Below are positions 26,501 through 29,027 of a stretch of 29,027 nt of DNA, one piece after another (within the stretch, counting starts at the first letter, position 1; each line of letters opens with the position of its first letter). Location of the stretch: positions 1 to 29,027 of the IMG/VR virus record IMGVR_UViG_3300017903_001998; one strand, 5' to 3'. The position numbers and the translations under genes were made by a program. The stretch comes from a virus (taxonomy: Duplodnaviria; Caudoviricetes). Under the pieces are notes generated by a model. That model ran no database searches, was not told the DNA's origin, and saw only the letters and a program-made list of their open reading frames with translations.

Positions 26501-27956
26501 ACCCGGTCTTCTTAACAAAGATGTTAAGGATGTATTTCTAAGCGGACAAAACGTGCTTGAGGGTAAGCCAGTTATTAGCTTGGACGCGCCTGCTGATCCT
26601 AACTATGTACCATCTGCATTCCCAAGTGGTCGCTCTGAGGCTGACATTTTCCAGCCACCTCAAGAGGCTGATGAGGGAGCGACTAAAGAAGCTCTTATGA
26701 ACGCCGTTAAGCAGCGTGTATCTGAGGTTGAAGGTACAACAACAGACGAATACGGCGAAGGTGGTTACAGTCGTTTGCTTGGCAACACTGAAAAGAAATT
26801 CTTGAGTAAGCCACTGACTGAGATGACTGTTAAAGAAGTTTTGGATTTCCAGAAGAAACGTGGCGAAGATTCTTATGCTGAGTATTCAAAGGGCGTTAAT
26901 AAGAAGATTGGAAGCCTTCGTGAAGATGGTAGCCCAAATATTTCTACCCCTGCTGGCAAGTATCAAATTGTTGGCGATACTCTTGAAAAACTCATCAAGG
27001 ATGGTGTTGTTGATCCAGATGCGAAGTTTGATGCGGCGACTCAAGAAAAGCTGGGTTCTTACCTAATTGAGAAACGTGGCTTGTTTGATACAGACACGAG
27101 CCGTGAGGACTTTGTTACGAGTTTAGGTCAAGAATTTGCTGGCATTAAAGACAAGGGCTATGACGGCACAATCTCTAGTCAGTTGAAGCAAGGTCTTGGT
27201 GCATCTGATCGTGGCCTTGGTCCTGACGATGATCCACGCCGTGCGAATCTTGCGGTAAACGCTGCAGAGGCTAAGTATTTGCAGCAATTGCTGAAGGGTG
27301 TTGATGATCCAAATATGCTTGAGAAAATTCTTGGCAAGATTGGCAGCAACTTAACGCTTGGTATGGTTGACTTTAATCAGTTAAGTCGCGATCAGGCGCA
27401 GAAAGTTCTTGATGCATATCGTGACACAGGCAGCTTTGTGTATGACACAGAGGGCAATGCGATTGATCTGAAGACGGTTGAAGACCTTGAGAAGCTAGAG
27501 GCGTTGAGTGCTGGTGAGGGTCAACAGCCTGCAGTGATTGGTGTTCGCGATGAAGACGGCAACGTTGTTTCTTATGGTTCTGACATTCAGAACACAATGG
27601 AAGGTCCAGTAGAAGTAGATATCTTTGATCAAATTAGTGAATCTGACGGAGACACTTCTACAGATAAGAACTACACCGTTGGTCCTGATGGCAGCATCAC
27701 TTGTAATGATGAGGGTTATGTTTATAGTGAGGCCGCTGGAATGTGTGTTCCTGTTGAGGAAGAGGAAACTGATGGCACACCTACCATTGCTCCGCGTGAC
27801 GTAACAACTCGCAGCCTTGATGACATTATTGCTGGCATTGCTACGCCGGGTCCAAAAATTGCTCCGATTTCAGCGAATATACGCCCGATGCAGGGTGGTG
27901 GAATGGCAGGATTGAATCGCGCAGCGGATAATTTCTTAAAGGCTCTAGCGGGGTGA
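23517..27956 (+). CDS. Large modular virion-type protein with lambda-lysozyme-like (muralytic) domain
   Basis: 1479 aa with a Pro-rich N-terminus, two 95-aa repeats and an HMLAYINxxExxLLxxxGGSG motif. The muralytic domain (approx. 26700-27150) reads EG..Y...LTEMTVKEV...STPAGKYQIVGDTL...FDAATQEKL...KRG...EFAG. AGGAG RBS. Confidence 0.75.
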   Translation: MTVFAKSFGPPPPPAGGPMGGPPPAGGGMPPAPQQFPAPTGGPQAPLPAGNAGRRKKFGAALEGMIQPPARPPQPPQRQMPPMPPQLPPRMGGNSPAMMPRNPMVAPGTPMMRTPTARPMAMGGEVDIFGYDDGGAVMGTYGWGGGEGTYGVTQARDSFGDIVPGMFVAKYADGSYSAPVTAANVEGLRQGILNGTVTSGDYTADEAANMAGGSTYLKTDNVNVVDEDVSGGFGSALGMSNEMLGNDTVFVNFADGTKVTTQKGMIDAMNEYGLFDGIQSRDDFNKMVGDISAASVRDPESDLGKAHSLFNEKQIAYNEALRNSDPNIQKNIDTFRGYYAPEPASSTVPDPSSSTVDPYSGSYTPDPVDSSQVGEINYDDFTGDIGATYTGYPETSQTPDNAALFGPNVNIPQRVSQYYTDAVTGGLTTTNGPVMTATSPIGAINLPARPVSIDIFDWLRSPTYGSIDPIKNAKEEEEASLGLGDNILKLQEGGAVNSFDDGTYTIRDLNSGETEKYESGQSYGEEDLPADVAYSKQVQENREKLGLPANETSAWSMWQQGTHWSQQRSSTPDWISAPDEGSINKQVITPIANPDTGEIFNAPNSGYTLAAESAQATEPAQINYDNFTGDIGETYGGYPEGSRTPDTAALFGPNVNIPKVESKYVQDPVTRTITTTNGPRMTAVSPIGAINLPASPIDLDIFDFLRDPTYGSLNPIGLKNGGSVPRNTMIADQPHMLAYINQDEEALLRSFGGSGVSGPGGIPSYPPDSVIDADYSIISGGGGHPTDDDDKPSKNVTYYEPPGFDFDGDGVSGEGSDVLDNNDSNPFVDIDDDPVTPVTPTYDPSDEDYGGESSETDFDQPVVVDKTVVTPKPKPRPTYNDLHGNTFYSQAEADASNRAYAAQAALYGSGKVGFDRFKSDAASVFPGRDREETDRMAARAYPDFVENYSRDINIFDAAPYTYAGIGGVGAGPADGGVGITPAPVVDPSVSPTEDVPGLLNKDVKDVFLSGQNVLEGKPVISLDAPADPNYVPSAFPSGRSEADIFQPPQEADEGATKEALMNAVKQRVSEVEGTTTDEYGEGGYSRLLGNTEKKFLSKPLTEMTVKEVLDFQKKRGEDSYAEYSKGVNKKIGSLREDGSPNISTPAGKYQIVGDTLEKLIKDGVVDPDAKFDAATQEKLGSYLIEKRGLFDTDTSREDFVTSLGQEFAGIKDKGYDGTISSQLKQGLGASDRGLGPDDDPRRANLAVNAAEAKYLQQLLKGVDDPNMLEKILGKIGSNLTLGMVDFNQLSRDQAQKVLDAYRDTGSFVYDTEGNAIDLKTVEDLEKLEALSAGEGQQPAVIGVRDEDGNVVSYGSDIQNTMEGPVEVDIFDQISESDGDTSTDKNYTVGPDGSITCNDEGYVYSEAAGMCVPVEEEETDGTPTIAPRDVTTRSLDDIIAGIATPGPKIAPISANIRPMQGGGMAGLNRAADNFLKALAG

Positions 27957-27959
27957 GTT

Positions 27960-29027
27960 ATGCCATATCAAGACTTATCGGTAGGCAGTACAAAAAAAGA
28001 AGAGCCATCTTTTGCTGATAAGATCAGTCAGGGCTTTAGAGATTTTTTCGACTCATTTAACGGTGGCGATGATGACAATCCTAAACCTGTTTCAGGTGGT
28101 AGGGGTAACGTTGTTGAGCGTCCGAATGAGCGGAATGATTATTTAGCGAAACTTTTATCTGACAACGCTGTTGTTCCGCCGCCTTCTCAGCCTGATATTC
28201 CTCAGAGTTTTAGAGAGTTTAATGAAGCCTCAAATAACATATTTAGGGAAAAGTATAATCCTGTAACTGGAGAGTACGAGCTTGCTGATAATCCTCCATC
28301 TCAATGGACAAACAATCGAAATGACATAACCTCTGGTATTGTTCAGTATGTTCCGCCGAACTGGCGTGACGCTCTCATGATTGGTGGTCAGTATGATCGA
28401 TCTGTGCCACATGCCTTGGTTGATAATGTTATTGGCCTTGATGATAGTGTTGTCTCTGGTGGTGAAGCATTTGGTCAGCAGTTTGACCAAGATGAGCTTG
28501 GCACCCTGAAAGACATGGGTCTTGGTGCCGCAGAGGGTATGTATAATCTTTTAACAAGCCCAATTGATACGGTTGGTGGGTATTTAGGCGATGTCAAAAC
28601 AGCGGTTATGCGAGATCAGACGGATCGTACTGCTGATGAGAGATTAGCAGATATAGCAACAGTTGCTTCTATTTTCCCTGCGGCTAAAGTCACACAGGGA
28701 CTTGGTTCTGTAGCGACTGCACCTGCAAAACGACAAGCGCAGCCATTTAAAGATTTAGATGCGCAATCATTTGCGGATATGGAAGCTCGTGGAACTCAAG
28801 ATTTAAGAAATTTAGGTGAGAGATTATTAGGTAGTGACCCAAGATACGCTGGGGTTGGAAGTCCTTTATTTGATCCTAATCAGCAAATGGCACCTGCAGC
28901 AATCTTGAATGCAAGAAGCAAAAAGGTTTCTGAGGCCAAGAAAATGTTTGAGCAGGGCGCCTCTCAAAAAGAAGTTGCTGAAAAGACTGGCGTTCAAAGA
29001 ATAACGTATGAAGATTACCTTGGCGAC
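27960..29027 (+). CDS. Large protein, 3'-truncated; possible LPD23-like (large polyvalent protein domain) start
   Basis: Open from ATG 27960 to the window end (356 codons, absent from the ORF track). Ends with AKKMFEQGASQKEVAEKTG, resembling the LPD23 N-terminal motif. Confidence 0.6.
   Translation, partial: MPYQDLSVGSTKKEEPSFADKISQGFRDFFDSFNGGDDDNPKPVSGGRGNVVERPNERNDYLAKLLSDNAVVPPPSQPDIPQSFREFNEASNNIFREKYNPVTGEYELADNPPSQWTNNRNDITSGIVQYVPPNWRDALMIGGQYDRSVPHALVDNVIGLDDSVVSGGEAFGQQFDQDELGTLKDMGLGAAEGMYNLLTSPIDTVGGYLGDVKTAVMRDQTDRTADERLADIATVASIFPAAKVTQGLGSVATAPAKRQAQPFKDLDAQSFADMEARGTQDLRNLGERLLGSDPRYAGVGSPLFDPNQQMAPAAILNARSKKVSEAKKMFEQGASQKEVAEKTGVQRITYEDYLGD

Noticed and set aside
1-29027. 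tRNA/rRNA genes, integrase, DNA polymerase, terminase large subunit, major capsid
   Set aside because: No recognisable signatures were seen; TerL, portal and capsid genes presumably lie outside the window.

Overview
This window is about 29 kb of a dsDNA tailed-phage genome. Gene content and order resemble marine, probably alphaproteobacterial, podovirus-like phages; the host is inferred, not shown. 1-6743 (+) holds virion/internal-protein genes. 6740-6937 (-) is a small ribbon-helix-helix regulator. 6955-15256 (+) is a polymerase-less replication/recombination module: DUF1064 nuclease, Sak4-like ATPase, SSB-like protein, SF2 helicase, Cas4-like nuclease and TOPRIM-RepA primase-helicase. That module ends in a sigma70-region-4/RNAP-alpha-CTD-like fusion gene. 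15346-19716 (-) is a block of small early-type genes. 19780-22520 is a cis-element-rich hub with 10 iteron-like TACGTCAA copies plus IHF-consensus sites, terminase small subunit, TCGGG arrays, two orphan genes and GGTACCCT repeats. 22534-end (+) encodes low-complexity, modular virion-type proteins, one with a lysozyme-like domain and repeated xxxGG motifs. The most unusual signals are a strand-polarised TCGGG motif laid over ~7 kb regardless of gene orientation, the iteron/IHF array, a TCTAGA hexamer at fixed spacing before several start codons, an H-type pseudoknot between ssb and helicase, the sigma4-alphaCTD fusion, and the GG-delimited modular protein. All product calls come from motif recognition by eye; no database searches were run.
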